NCBI RefSeq assembly: GCF_001194135.2
Contig: NC_068992.1
Coordinates: 15,648,118-15,712,117 of the forward strand
Reading direction: 5' to 3'
DNA: 64,000 bases
From: Octopus bimaculoides
Lineage: Eukaryota
A program made the translations under genes and the position numbers. Every line of letters begins with the position of its first letter. Within the stretch, counting starts at the first letter, position 1. The notes beneath the pieces are model-generated. The model was given only the letters and a program-made list of their open reading frames with translations. It did not search any database and was not told where the DNA came from. This document shows, piece by piece, positions 38,111 through 52,264 of the stretch.

Positions 38111-38342
38111 TTATTTCTTTACTACCCACAAGGGGCTACACACAGAGGGGACAAACAAGGACAGACAAACGGATTAAGTCGATTATATCGACCCCAGTGC
38201 GTAACTGGTACTTATTTAATTGACCCCGAAAGGATGAAAGGCAAAGTCGACCTCGGCGGAATTCGAACTCAGAACGTAGCGGCAGACGAGATACGGCTAG
38301 GCATTTCGCCCGGCGTGCTAACGTTTCTGCCAGCTCACCGCC
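38111..38342 (-). mobile_element. tRNA-derived SINE family D (MetaSINE-type central domain)
   Basis: The head ggcggtgagctggcagaaacg...gagttcgaatt is followed by gtcgactttgcctttcatcctttcggggtc..taagtaccag, resembling the Meta/Sauria-SINE domain. More than 15 decayed copies occur across the window. Confidence 0.8.
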
Positions 38343-40307
38343 TTTATGTATATGTAGGTGTGTGTATGTATGAATATGATTGTAACCAAATATTTGGTGC
38401 ACAGTTAAAGATTACATCAATAATCCAAAGATCTCTATGGCAACCAATACTGTTAATATATAAATCCTCTATTTGCCAACAGGAAAGGAATAATAGGGAA
38501 GCCTACCGAACAGGACATAAAGCAACAGAAGGTGTAAGTTGTTCAACTTCTGCGTCTATTGTACATGTAATCATGATGTGTCAGCTGCAGGAAATAAAAG
38601 GAAAGAGTTAATTTGTGGTATTACTGTACGTAGTTGATGCAAGTGTTCAACAGATATTTGAGACTAGCAACAGAAACACCAACAGTAATTTCAAACAAAA
38701 TTACTCAATCATTTCCATGGAAATTCAGACTAGTGTTCAGTTTTCTCTGTTTATGCAGATGATAACAAAAACTATTGTCTCAGTTTCATTTTTATTTTTC
38801 TTTCCCCTCCACCTTTTCCTTTTTTCATACATTACTGGTTTGTTAACAGTAATTTTTTTCAATGCTAAACTACTACAGAACATATCTATAGATTTTAGCC
38901 AACACCATATATATATATATATATATATATAATACAAAAAATATATATGCATGTATACACACATATATGTATATACTTTCATCTACATGTGTATATAGAT
39001 GCATATCAGGGTACAGGACGTTAGAACAATGAACTACAGACAACGGAACGAACACATAGGAAAACAGAAAGCCACTTGGAATTATTCATCAGCTGCCTCT
39101 ATTCTAACTCGACGTTTCGAAGATATATATATATATATATTGGTGTGTTTATGCCTCCATAACTTAGCAGTTCGGCAAAAGAGACCGATAGAATAAGTAG
39201 TAGGCTTACAAAGAATAAGTTCTGGGGCCGATTTGTTCAACTAAAGGTGGTGCTCCACCATGGCCACAGTCAAATGACTGAAACAAGTAAAAGAATAAAA
39301 GAAAGAATATATATATCAAGAGAGAGGAGGAGAGAGAGGGAGGAGGTAGAGAGAGAAAGAAAAGTGAGACATACAAACAGACAGACAGATATAAACTCAT
39401 CTGTGTATACAATAACTTTGTGGACATAAAAACTTCCAATCCAGTGTTGGAATTTCTTCAGCAACTGAGTACCCACTTTAATTCATTTTTCTAACACATT
39501 TATTGGCAAGAATTGGCTCTGGTCCCTTCTGTTGTAATTTTACTCCTCTTTCGCTCCTCACCTCCTAGCATGAGGTTGCCTTACAACAAACACTCTTGCT
39601 TTCAGGGTTTGTAGTCGTGCAAACTGCATGATGGTCTAACCAGTGTTGGTGCCAATGGAAAAAGCACCCAGTACCCAGTAATGTGGTTGGTGTCAGGAAG
39701 GGAAGCCAACCATAGAAACTATGTCAAAGCAGCCACTGGAGCATGATGAAGTCCTTGGGTCCTCTGGATCCTGTCAAACTGTCCAGCATGAACATTAAAT
39801 GGCGATGATCATAATAATAATGGTACTTGTCACCTGAAGTAAAGGTAGTAGCCTAGTGGTTAGGATATTGACCACATCGTCATAAGGCTGTGGGTTCAAT
39901 TCATATACCAGATGGCATATTGTATCTTTGCGCAAGACACTTCATTTCAGGTTGCGCCAGCCTACTCAGCCAAAAATGATGTAACAGAAAAATAGACCCA
40001 TATTTGCGTCTTGGTTCCATATTTGGAAATCTAGAAAATAACATCCAATTCAGGACCTTCATACTGCGCCATACACCCAGCACACAAGGAGATCATTTAC
40101 CAATCGATATCTCAAAGTTAAACAATATAGGTGCGTGTATGGCTGTGTGGATAAGAAACTTGTTTCCCAAACCATGTGGTCCTGGGTTCAGCCCCACAAC
40201 TTAGCAGCTTGGGCAAGTGTCCTTTGTTATATTCCTAGGCTGAACAAAGCCTTGTGAGCGAATTTGGTAAACAGAAATTGAAAGAAGCCCATCATATGTG
40301 TAAATAT

Positions 40308-40368
<61 letters not shown>

Positions 40369-41179
40369 GTGAGACTGGTGGTGGTGCCTTGAAAAAGCAC
40401 TGGTGATGATGTCAGGTAAAAAGCACCTAGTACATTGTGGAGTGGTTGGCATTAAGAAGGGCATCCAGCTGTAGGAACCAAGCCAAAATAGACAATGGAA
40501 CTTGGTGTAGCCCCTGGCCTTGCTAATTCTTGTCAAAACGTCCAACCCATGCCAGCATAGAGAACAGTTGTTGAATGTTGAAGACGATGATAATGATGAT
40601 GATGATGATCATGATCATGATCATGATCATGATCATGATGTGCGTGTGTGTATGTGTCTTTATGTCCATGATTTTATTTGTCCTCCGTCACTGCCTGACA
40701 ACCAGTGTTGGTTTGTTTACGTCTCCATAACATAGCAGTGCGGCAAAAGTTACAAATAGAAAAAGAAAACGTACCGAGCTGATTTGTTCAGCTAAAACTC
40801 TCGAAGGCAGAGCCCCAGCATGCCGCAGTTCAATAACACAAACAAACAAATAAAAAGACAAACGATAAAAGATTAAAAACAGACTATGTCTCGTAAAATA
40901 TGAGTTTTTGCACAGAGTAAATTGATAACACACAGTATTTTCTTTGCTAGTAGCTTCACACAATTGCTCAATGACATATGCCATGCCAGACGCTTTTAAG
41001 AAGTATTTCATTTACAGTAATGGCACAAAAGAAACAACTATATCTCTGTGTAAAATCAACAGCTCAAATAGTTGTGCCAACTAATCACGTCTAGATGTTA
41101 GAGATAAAGAGATAATATTTAGCTCCAACACTTAATGGTAAATTCAACAGGAAAATACTGATATGTAAATGTATATATA

Positions 41180-41249
41180 CGCATATACACACACACACAC
41201 GCACATTATATAATATATACTGTATATGTATACATATATAATAAATATC

Positions 41250-41299
<50 letters not shown>

Positions 41300-41549
41300 T
41301 CTGCCTGTGTCTGTGTATGTATGTATATACGTACATATGTACAGTATGTATACATACAAGTACAGACACAGGCAGATATATATATATATATATATACATA
41401 TGTCTGCTTGTGTCTGTGCATGTATGTATATACGTACATATGTACAGTATGTACACATACATAACAAACATATATATACCTGTGTGTGCGTGTGTGAGTG
41501 CACATGTGTATGTATACATGTACGTATGTGTATCTGTGCATATGTGTAT

Positions 41550-41590
<41 letters not shown>

Positions 41591-41610
41591 CACATATATA
41601 TATATATATA
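41180..41610. repeat. Compound TA/TG/CA dinucleotide array. Similar arrays lie at 23530-23670 (AG), 26499-26602 (TG/AG), 43480-43625 (GGT), 50760-51146 and 57280-57590.
   Basis: Read directly; these are the source of the many C/V/Y/H/T-rich ORFs in the track. Confidence 0.95.
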
Positions 41611-42489
41611 ACACAATAAAAAACAACAAATATCTATTAAATCATTAACTATCAGCAAAAAAAGTAAACTATTTCTAATTGCTGCCAGTGATGTGATTTA
41701 ATTACTCTCTTATTTGCTAGTATAGAATAAATATTAGTTGATTGATTTCATCAAACAGTACATAGGCAATGATCTGGTAAGAAAACCAAGCCTGATTAGC
41801 TAAAGAATAAACAAAGACACTACAGTCATTATGACTAACAGTTAATTAATCATAAAATGAAATGACAGGTAAAAAGATTACTAATAATTATCGAAATACA
41901 ATGAATAAGTTTGTTCTTTCATTCTTGTGTTTTCACATCCATTTTTTACAAACCTGCATGGGTTAGATAAATATATTATTAAGGCATTTCTTTACAGCTG
42001 GATGTCTTTCCTGTTACTAACCCTTATTTGTTTTGCAAGTAAAGGATCTTTTATATTATATGTTTTTAAAGATGCAAAAAAAAAAACAATTTGCTAACAG
42101 GGGAAATAACAATGTCATAACTTGTAGCTCAGTGATTTTTGGAGAAGTACAAGTCTAAACAAACACAGATGCATACACACACACACACACACACACACTC
42201 ACACACCTATGGACAGACATACATACACAGACATGACACATGTACATAGGTTTCATTTTCTGCCAACCAGATCTACTCACAAGATATTGATCAGCCTAGG
42301 GCTAAAATAAAAGAAACTTACCAAAGGTACGAAACAGTGGGATTGAACCTGAAACCATGTGGGGGTTATGAAGCAAACTTCTTACCCACACAGCCATGAC
42401 AGCACCTAGCTATGTTCCATAATGCACCATGTTATCAAGACCACAACTTTAGGTGGAAAGTAACCAGAAACAACCAATAAAATAATATG

Positions 42490-42600
42490 AACTTACAACT
42501 GATGGAGAAAGTTATGGAAATATTGGAAAGAATTATAGCAGAACTGATTTGGAAGGGAATTAGTTTAGATGAAATGCAGTTCAGATTTGTGTTACAATGG
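42490..42600 (+). mobile_element. RTE RT-domain fragment
   Basis: KVMEILERIIAELIWKGISLDEMQFRFV resembles the RTE pattern ..ERVI..LIR..V.LDEMQFGF. Confidence 0.6.
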
Positions 42601-45600
42601 GGTACCCCTGATTACTAAACTTATCACTTGATAAGTGCCATTGCACAAAAGTCTAGGCTCTTAACTTCTGCTAATCTTATAATAATTCTGCTTGTTTCTC
42701 TGTTACTTAGCTTTCATGTGATTAGTTGAAGGAGAGGAGGGATGGGGAGTGTAGGGAGGGATGAAGAGGGGGAGATATGGGAGGGGGAGGAGAGAGATGG
42801 GGAGGAAGGAGGTGAGAGGTGGTGGTGAGTGAAATGTGCAACTTTTTTTTTTAACTAAGTTTTTCCCCTCCGTTATTTTGCCCATCTGTAACCCATTCAC
42901 GTGATTTGCTGAAGGGAAAAGTGAAAAGCGAAAGTAAAAGTAAGGAGAGAAAGAGAGGGTAAGGCAAAGATTGAGAGAGAAAGAGGCAGAGTGTTGTGTA
43001 TTAAGTCTATAAATTGTGCATAAAGCATATAAAATGTCTATATAAAGTGCATTGTATTAAGTAATTATCATATTCCAATTTCCTTTACTTTTCCTCAATG
43101 ATTAGCAAACGAACGACTATCTTTTGATACAGGCACAACACAGGCTATGCTTTCAGGTTTTTTTGGATAAAGTTTTCAGAAATAAGACTGGCTACAAGAG
43201 GAGTTAGATGTAGTGAGCAGAAGAGAAGATTACACTGGTACTGATAGAGAGAATGAAATTTGGTTGGAGAAAAAAGGAAAAGAGACCCAAGTGGAATGAA
43301 CTTGTGGAAGAGGGCATAAACAGAACTGGTGAAAGCTGATGTTACAATGTCTTACCTCTAAAAGATGGCAAGTACTGTACTCAAGGACACCCATCTAATC
43401 CATACAAGCATTGAAAAATTAAATGTAAAATGATGATAATAATAACAATGGTGACAATGACAACAATGACAGTGGTAGGGTGGTGGTAGTGGTGATGGTG
43501 GTTTTTTGTGGTGGTGGTGGTGGTGATGGTGGTTTTTTGTGGTGGTGGTGGTGGTGGTNNNNNNNNNNGGTGGTGGTGGTGGTGGTGGTGATTTTGGTGG
43601 TGATGGGAGTGGTGATGGTGGTGGTGAATGACAAGAAGGAGATTCAAGGTAACAAAACAATTGTAAAACTAGTCAGTGTCTATGATTAAACTTTGTACCA
43701 GTCTGCTAGTACCAACAGTCAGATGTGTTTGCCAATAAGAAGAAGTATGAAACATTCAGAATACTTTTGGCCAGTATTCTATCAAGTCAGCCAACTGTAA
43801 TATTCAGATAAAAATGACTTCAAACAATAACAAAAGGAATAGAAATCTAAGAAATCCTTTGATCATTTCCCAGTCAAGATTGTGTGGTGAAGAAGTCTAC
43901 TTCACAAGCATGTGGTTCGAAGTTGTATCCCACTTCATAATACTTTGGCTAAGTGTCTTCTATTATAACTTTGAGAATGAATTTGGTAGACGTATATTAT
44001 ATGGAAGCCTATCAGATATGTTTGTGTGTGTGTGTGAGAGACAGGACTATATGTGCATGGTAAAGGTGTCACAATTGTAAGGCTCTCAGTTCAATTCCCA
44101 GTGGTGCATTGTGTCTTCTTGAGCAAGACACTCTATTTCACATTGCTTCACTCAGTTGGCAAAAATGGGTTGTGCTTTTAACCTTGTCACATTCTGTGTT
44201 GTGCTGAATCACCCTGAGAACCATGTTAAGGGCATGCATGTCTATGGAGTACTCAGCCATTTGAAAGTTAATTTCATAAGCAGGCTCTTCTGTTGGTTGA
44301 ATCAACTGGAACACTCATTGCCATAACCAGTGCAATGCCAGAATATGTGCTTGAGTGAGTGCTGTACATATCTCTTTATCTTGACATCTCATACTAGTTG
44401 TAAATGTACTTCACCATCATACAAGAGGTGTTGTGAGGATTAGTGACAGGAAAAGCATCCAAGAGTAAAATCTGCGTTGAAAAATTTTGTCTGACCCATG
44501 AAAGTAGGTGGTGGTGGTGTAGGTGGTGGTGGTGGTGGTGGTGGTGGTGATGATGATGTACTCAATTGTTAGAGAGTCTGAGCTTCTTCAGAATGGTATT
44601 TCAAAACTATGATCCATCAAAAGTATCCAAACTCAGAACATCGGACCCCTAAGTAAACTTTTCAAAACAAAGCGCAGGGAATGCTAAGTAAATCTAAAAA
44701 CATCTCACCAAACACAAAAATCTCCCCTCTCTACTTTCCAGAACGACTCATGTGGTATTATAATATTTCACTGGACTCACAATTTACAACCATCATTACC
44801 ACTATGGCCCCTGTAATTAAATCTCAATGTTATGATATTATTGCATGTTGGGTGTAGTGGTTGCAAGGACTGAAATAATTGATCAACAACTGATCAATTG
44901 GCACCATAGCAGAAATCTACCCAGTCACGGTTGACTGAGATTAGCTAACAATAACTAATAGAAATTTCTCAATAGTAAATGCATTCAATGCTTGCTTTCA
45001 AGAGAAAAATAGATGTTTTTAAAAAAAAAAAAATAGATAGATAAAGAGATAAATAAATAATAGAATATCTCTAGCATAGAAATATGCAGGGAACTGGTAG
45101 CAGTCACTGTAGTATCATTATTAGTTAGGCAATAAAATATACAACATCTTGGTTGAATCAAAAAACTGGAATACATTTACCAATACTAAAATGGTTTGCT
45201 TCTGATTTGTTACCCAGCCTGCTAGAAATAGTAGCCAAATTTATAGTAAATTACATCAACACCCAGTGTTGGACTGGTACATATTTAATCAACCCTCATG
45301 CATTCGCAACCTATTCATTTTTCTTTCACATATTACCCCTGTTGTGTCCACTCCCAAACCCAACACCAACGCCATACTGACCATTATATTCTGCCTTCCT
45401 TCCCTGAATGTCAACCCTTTGGAACTCTCCCCTTGTTTGAGTCTTTTCCCACAGGTTTTCACTCACAAAAGCAACTGATTTTTGATTTTCTATCTATAAC
45501 TCATTACTAACCCAGCATATGACATATTTAATTGAGACAAGGCTGGCTTTTTTTTAATATAATTATTGATAAAAACTTTTGAACTTTCAGCAAAATCAAA

Positions 45601-46757
45601 AACATCAGTCAACACTGAATACATTAATCAAGCAAACAAAGAGATGAAAACAGTTTGTACATAACAGCACAAATATATTTTGGTTACTGGATGTGGTCTG
45701 TATGGGCAATAACAGTAGGGTGTAACAATAAATAATTCATTTTCCAAATAGAGGAGTGAAATGAAGAATAAATTATGCATTATATGTGTAAATTTTTTTT
45801 ATCAGTTTATGAAAGAGAAATGAGAAAAAAAAAGACAGTAATAAATTAGATGACAATTCAAAAGTACTTTTATTATATGTTAATTTTTCCCCATACTCAT
45901 TACAATGAAACAATATTAAAAATGAAAATTAAAAAAACTTATAGATTTTTAAACTCAGCTTTTTTTTTCATTTAATAGAAATATTTGATTCGAGAAATTT
46001 ATGGACAACACATCTACAATAGAATTAATTTACAGAAATAAACTCTTTTTAATATCACAAATCATTTTTTCCCATCAATAACTGACTTTCTTTTAGGACT
46101 ATTTATATAAAACACTAATTCTCTTAAAGGAACTATTTCAATAAAGTTACCAAACATTGAAATTCCAACATCTGAATTCTTGATTATTAACCGAACTGAT
46201 TGCTAGAATTTAAACTCAAGTTTCAGCAAGTCAAAACAAAAAGTGAGAAACTTTTTATATACCATATTTGATGGCATCTAAGATGTACTTTTTTTCAAGA
46301 AAGAGTCTAACAAAGATCATACCTGGGTCCTATATGCAAAGTTGGGTCTATATTACATGCCTGGTGCAGCTCCCAAACTTACCAGCTCCTGTCAAATCAT
46401 CCATCTCATGCTAGTATCTAAAACAGACCCTGCCCACTACAACAAACTGAGATCCTAAAACCAAAGTGCTATGTAAAAGGTATTGGTATGGGTGCTGGCA
46501 CCATGCAAAAAGTACTGATGCTGGTGCCACTTAAAAAGCACTGATGCAGGTGCCATGTAAAAAGCACTGGTGAAAGTGCCACGTAAAAAGCACCCAATCC
46601 ACTCTGTAAAGTGGTTGATATTAGGAAGGGTATCCAGCCATAGAAACTCTGTCAAAACAGATAATGAAGAACAGATAATGAAGTCTAGTGCAGTCTTCTG
46701 CCTAGCCAGTCCCTGTCAAACCATCCAACCCATGCCAGCATGGAAAACAGATGTTAA

Positions 46758-46789
<32 letters not shown>

Positions 46790-49669
46790 ATGTATATACA
46801 TGTGTGTGTCTATGTGTGTATGTTTGTGGCACCTCGACTCAACATCACGTGATTGTTGTTATATTCTTAATATTTCCAATATTGTGTGAAAACATGATTG
46901 ACTCTGGGGAAATATTACTTTGCTTGTAATACAGGGAAGGGTTGGAAACAGGAAGCGCAGCCAACCAAAGAAAAATCTACCTCAATGAATGTCATCCAAC
47001 CCATGCAAGAATGGAAAAGTGGATATCAAAACGACTGATTGGTGAATGGATGCACTGGGATGGGATGAGAGGGACAGGATGGATGGAGCAAAATAAGCAC
47101 ATGATTAAGGATATCTAAGGAAGGTGGGGGATGCTGTCTTCTAGTTGTATCACTTGAACTGAAAAGTGAGGCTGGTGAGAAAAGCTCTGACCTTTAGGAA
47201 ATTTGGCGGAAAGTAAATGGGCAAAAGATTTTTATTCAGTTATTGTTACTGATGTTTTTATTGGTTAGTTTTCTTTTGCATCTGTAACAGTTACTGTCAT
47301 TTTTCACACTTAAGCAAAGCAAATTTTTAACTCTCCAAGCGACAGTTCAATACTCCTCCTCGTTATTCTCTTTGTCAGAAGCTTCAAGCTCTCAGTCGAT
47401 GTCGCTGTCAGTTTAAAAGCTTTGAATTTTAGGAATATTTAAGTATTTAAGTTGGGTTATTAATGTTCTTGTGGCTAGGATGACTGTCTCCTCACCAACT
47501 ATTTATCAAAGAGACACAATGAACAACAGAATGGCATGATATGGAAAACTATTCAATAATGTATACTGCAAACAAGCAAGACTTTAAAACAATGGAATAA
47601 AGAATCCTCGTCTGCTTCAAAGAATATTAAATCATTTCTTTGTAGAGAATTAAAGATGCAATCATCTCAAGGCATAACATTTAACTTTACATGTTATTCA
47701 ACACTGGAAAGACTAAAGAATTTATTCTAAAAAAAAAAAAGACAGTTTGATCATCAAAAAATTTATCCGTTAGCTGAAAAGATTCTGGTGATTGAAATAC
47801 TCTTTTACTACAAGTCCTAATTCAATTTACAAGTGGGAGGCATGGTAGTCTTAACAAACCATTTATCTCTAACTACTGAATCTGAAACTCAAGATAAGAC
47901 CCTTTAGCTAAGCCATATGCTCACTTACATAAGAAAAAAAAAACCATGCAGCAATGAAGAAACAGTAGATGAATGGGGTGTATTAACTCCTCACTTCTTC
48001 TTTAATTGCAACGAACAATCTTAATAGACCAAAAAAGAACAAGATTAATAGCCACCTAATCAAACATGATATACTGTGATGATAAAAACAGACTGCTTCT
48101 TTTTGTTATATTTTCTGTTAATTACTCTTCACTCTTTTACTCTTTTACTTGTTTCAGTCATTTGACTGCAGCCATGCTGGAGCACCGCCTTTAGTCAAGC
48201 AAATCGACCCCCAGGACTTATTCTCTGTAAGCCTAGTACTTATTCTATCGGTCTCTTTTGCAAAACTGCTAAGTTACAGGGACATAAACACACCAGCATC
48301 AGTTGTCAAGTGATGTTGGGGGGACAAATACAGACACACAAACAAACACATACACATACATATATACGACGGGCTTCTTTCAGTTTCAGTCTACCAAATG
48401 CACTCACAAGGCTTTGGTTGGCCCGAGGCTATAGTAGAAGACACTTGCCCAAGGTGCCACGCAGTGGGACTGAACCCGGAACCATGTAGTTGGTAAGCAA
48501 GCTACTTACCACACAGCCACTCCTGCACCTATTACAAAATTTTTGTTAGTCTTTTCACATTTACTTCTTTAATGCCCAAAATAAATGTAATACTGGATAT
48601 TCTATAGTTAGCTACAACACTGTAATGTTAATTATGAATAGTTACATGTCCATGCATACTAGTCTCTAATAGAACAGATCGCCATCTATAAAAAGCAAAT
48701 AAAATAGTTTCCTTAGTTGACAGATCCTGAAATGTGAAATATTCTAGTTGGATATCGGACTCATTGAAATAATTGATTAAAACAAGGCAGTTAGACCAAT
48801 ACCCAACTCTATTCTATCTAAAAGATTTAATTTACTTTTCAGCATTTCAAAATTTATATTATTAATCAGTTTTTTTTTTGGGGGGGGGGGTACCTTATAT
48901 AATTATATATTTATATTATAAATAGCAAATAGACTAAATATTAAATTTAGTTTTGGAATTACTGGTTGGAAATAAATGAAATATTGAATTTATTAAGAAT
49001 TCAAACTCTGAATAATCGCACATTTAATCACATAAATCAGCCACTGTTTAGTGAAATGGAGAGACATTTATGTGGAATTTATATCAATGCAAGGAGCTAG
49101 GAACTAAAAATAGATGCACAAGAGCATCATTCAGTAAAATGCTTTGATGCACATAAGAAATCATCAATAAATGAATACAATTACACAAGGAATTGAGTCA
49201 GAAAATCTTGTGGCATGTGTATCTGTTCTTTTACATTGTTTGTCTATTTCTTTGTTTAATTTTATTCTCGTTTTTATTTAGCTTTTAATATGACCAGACT
49301 TTATCACATTGTGACTGCAATTCCACAACAAAAGTTGTTCACAGATAAATGTTAACTGTTAGTATTTCAAATTTTATAAGGATAGTTTTATAAGATGCTC
49401 AGTTATGCATGTAAATAATTTGGTCTTTTTAAGTTGTGAATTCAAATATCATTAAGATTCCCTGTGCAAACCATTTCCCTGGGTTCAATGAAATTAAGAA
49501 AAGTAATGATATTCCAGACAAGCGTACAGATGGACACTTAGACATAGTTCAACACAAACTATTTGCTTGGGACCATCATGAAAATGGAGAACCAAAATGA
49601 ATATTATCGACCTTTTAAAAAAAAGGCAAGGTATCAGTGGAAACCTGCTGGAAGATATGTGCTGTGTAT

Positions 49670-50242
49670 GGAGTGAGGTTAGCATTACTCAGTTGATGCA
49701 GAACCCAAACGCTGAGCCTGCTGGCATAACTGGCTTGATGCAGGTGGTTTTCAACACTTGATTTGGATATTTGGAAAATATCTGAGATCAACCTGGTCTT
49801 ACAATGGAGCTTGGTATTAACTAACTTCTTCATTTTGTTACTGCTAATCTCAAATGGCTAGCGAGAGTGAGGTGCATCGTGAACTGAAAAATTTCCTGAT
49901 CAAAATCTTAAAAGCCACTTCTGGCGCACACATTTTGGAACAGCTTCTTCTCCATACACAGCACATATCTTCCTGCCAGTTTTCTACTGCTTCCTTGCTT
50001 ATTTTTAAAATAAAAAATAGGTATGAGGTGTCGATAATGTTCAATTTGGTTCTCCATTTTCAGGGTGATCCCAAGGACACAAATTCAACCTATCTCATCA
50101 CAAGTTCATGTTGAACTACATAAAAATGTCGAGTATGTAACAAGTGCGCATACACAAAGAAAAGACTGAAGTTAGCTACTTATTAGAGTGCTTGAAGTTT
50201 AATGTTGACTAAAACTGAATGGACTTTTTGGCCAACTCTATA
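49670..50242 (-). mobile_element. Mariner transposon relic (5' TIR plus N-terminal transposase)
   Basis: The end reads TA-TAGAGTTGGCCAAAAAGTCCATTCAGTTTT. The translation KICAVYGEEAVPKCVRQKWLLRF*SGNFSVHDAP...IFQISKSSVENHLHQASYASRLSVWVLHQL includes the WVPHEL-type motif. It has stops and frameshifts. Confidence 0.9.
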
Positions 50243-50511
50243 TGTATGCGGAGTTGATTTGTTCAACTAAATCTTTCAAGGTGGTGCCCCAGCATGGTCA
50301 CAGTCTAATGATTGAAACAAGGAAGAGGTAAACAGTGAACAGGTACACACACACACACACATTATAATGTATACACATGTGTTACGTGCGTGGGGAGATG
50401 TACGGGAAGAGTTTGAATAGACCCAGCCTCCGAGACATATTCTGAATAGACTGTCAACTTTGATAAAATAAATACGAACACACGCTCATATTAGTTTGTT
50501 ATGTAAGATAT

Positions 50512-50749
50512 GTGTGTTGTTTCTTTACTCCCCACAAGGGGCCACACACAGAGGGGACAAACAAAGACAGACAAACGGATTAAGTCGATTATATCGACCC
50601 CAGTGCGTAACTGGTACTTATTTAATCGACCCAGAAAGGATGAAAGGCAAAGTCGACCTCGGCGGAATTTGAACTCAGAACGTAGCGGCAGACGAAATAC
50701 CGCTAAGCATTTCGCCCGGCGTGCTAACGTTTCTGCCAGCTCACCGCCG
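50512..50749 (-). mobile_element. Family D SINE with TSD
   Basis: It is near-identical to 38111-38342 and is flanked by atgtaagatat at 50501-50511 and 50750-50760. Confidence 0.85.
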
Positions 50750-50809
50750 ATGTAAGATATATGTGTGTGCATGTGTGTGTACATGAGTGTGTATATGTGC
50801 GTGTGTGTA

Positions 50810-50851
<42 letters not shown>

Positions 50852-51072
50852 TCCGCATGCATCTATGCATTCGCGCCTGTGTGTGTATGCGTGTGCACAT
50901 GTATGCGTGTGCACATGTATGCGTGTGTGCGTGTGTGTACGTATATGTATGTGTGTGAATGCATGTACGTGTGTGTGTACATGTGTGCGTGTGTGTATAC
51001 GTGTGTTTATCTGTGTGTGTGTGTGTGAGTGCATGTACGCGTGTGTACATGTATGCAGGTGTACGTGTGTAT

Positions 51073-51111
<39 letters not shown>

Positions 51112-51169
51112 CACGCGTGTGTATGTGCACGCGTGTGTGTGTGTGCTTTTGATGTATCAAAAAAATGTT

Positions 51170-51590
51170 CTTCATGTTCCACCCGCGATTCGGAAGTAAT
51201 TATATTGCTTTTGTCTATCAACCTTGGGAGATGGAAAGCCCAGTCGGTTCGAATCCCAGCGATGCTACGTCTTTATTACATCAAAGATTTTTCAGTGAGA
51301 AATTCTACTCGATCAACAGACGAATACAAATATTTTCCATGTAGTAAGGGAGACAACTACAGACAAGTAAGAGAATCATTATTTCCCTTTGTTCAACATT
51401 TTCAACATGCATTTTTTTTTCTCTCTCATTTTTGGGGCAAGTTTTGGTTTGAATCTATTCGTAGCGCAGTGTATAGAAACGAGAGAATTCTTCGCGGTGT
51501 CTTTGCTTTATCCCTTTACGTTCAGAATTAAAATCATATGCGACCTTTCTCAACAAACATACGTTTTGTAACGGAAGTAGAAATGGCCAA
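51170..51590. promoter_or_regulatory. CpG-rich promoter-like patch with two CGGAAGT (ETS-type) motifs
   Basis: About 18 CpGs in ~410 nt by hand count. CGGAAGT occurs at ~51191 and ~51572, and a strong plus-strand donor CAA|gtaaga is at 51367. Confidence 0.3.
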
Positions 51591-51657
51591 AATAATATAA
51601 TTATTAAATAAAAAGATTTTTATGACTGAAATTAAAAGAAAAGGAAACATTTATTGA

Positions 51658-51715
<58 letters not shown>

Positions 51716-52264
51716 TATATATATATATCCTAGTACATAGTACATATTCAATCAGTTTCTTTGGCCGAACTGCTAAATTACAGGGATGTAAACAAACCAA
51801 CACCAGTTGTCAAGTGGTAGTGAGGGGACAAACACAGACACATACACATACATATATACAGACAAAATTCACGGAGGCAAAGTGGCTGAGTTCCTTTTGA
51901 GTGTTGGGCCTCACAGAGGCAATGACCGAGAATTTTGACATTATGTTGTGCTTTAGAAGACCCATCAAGCCAAGCCAAATCATAGTCATGGCAGATATTG
52001 GTGCCACAAAAATAGCACCCATGCCAGTGGCATGCAAAAGCACCCATTACTCTCAGAGTGGCTGGCATTAGGAAGGGCATCCAGCCATAGAAAACCATAC
52101 CTAATCAGACTGGAGTCTGGTGCAGCCTTCCAGCTTACCAGCTCTGATCAAGCTGGCCAACCCATGCCAGCTTGGACAATGGACGCTAAATGATGAAGAT
52201 GATGATGACAGGCTTCTTTCAGTTTCCCTTTACTAAATCCACTCACAAGGCCTTGGTTGGCCAG

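Noticed and set aside
39055-39122. Minus-strand GAAACGTCGAG followed by CTGATGA, hammerhead-like words
   Set aside because: Stems I and II cannot form in this order. At most it is the broken half of a Penelope-type repeat.
36067-44876. Several minus-strand exon-like segments (about 36067-36144, 38506-38585, 43336-43374 and 44790-44878)
   Set aside because: They could not be chained in consistent phase without stops and resemble no protein I recognise.
51225-51270. tRNA-like GGTTCGAATCCCAGCGATGC
   Set aside because: Only a B-box-like word is present. The T-stem is mispaired and there is no A box, D arm, anticodon arm or acceptor stem.
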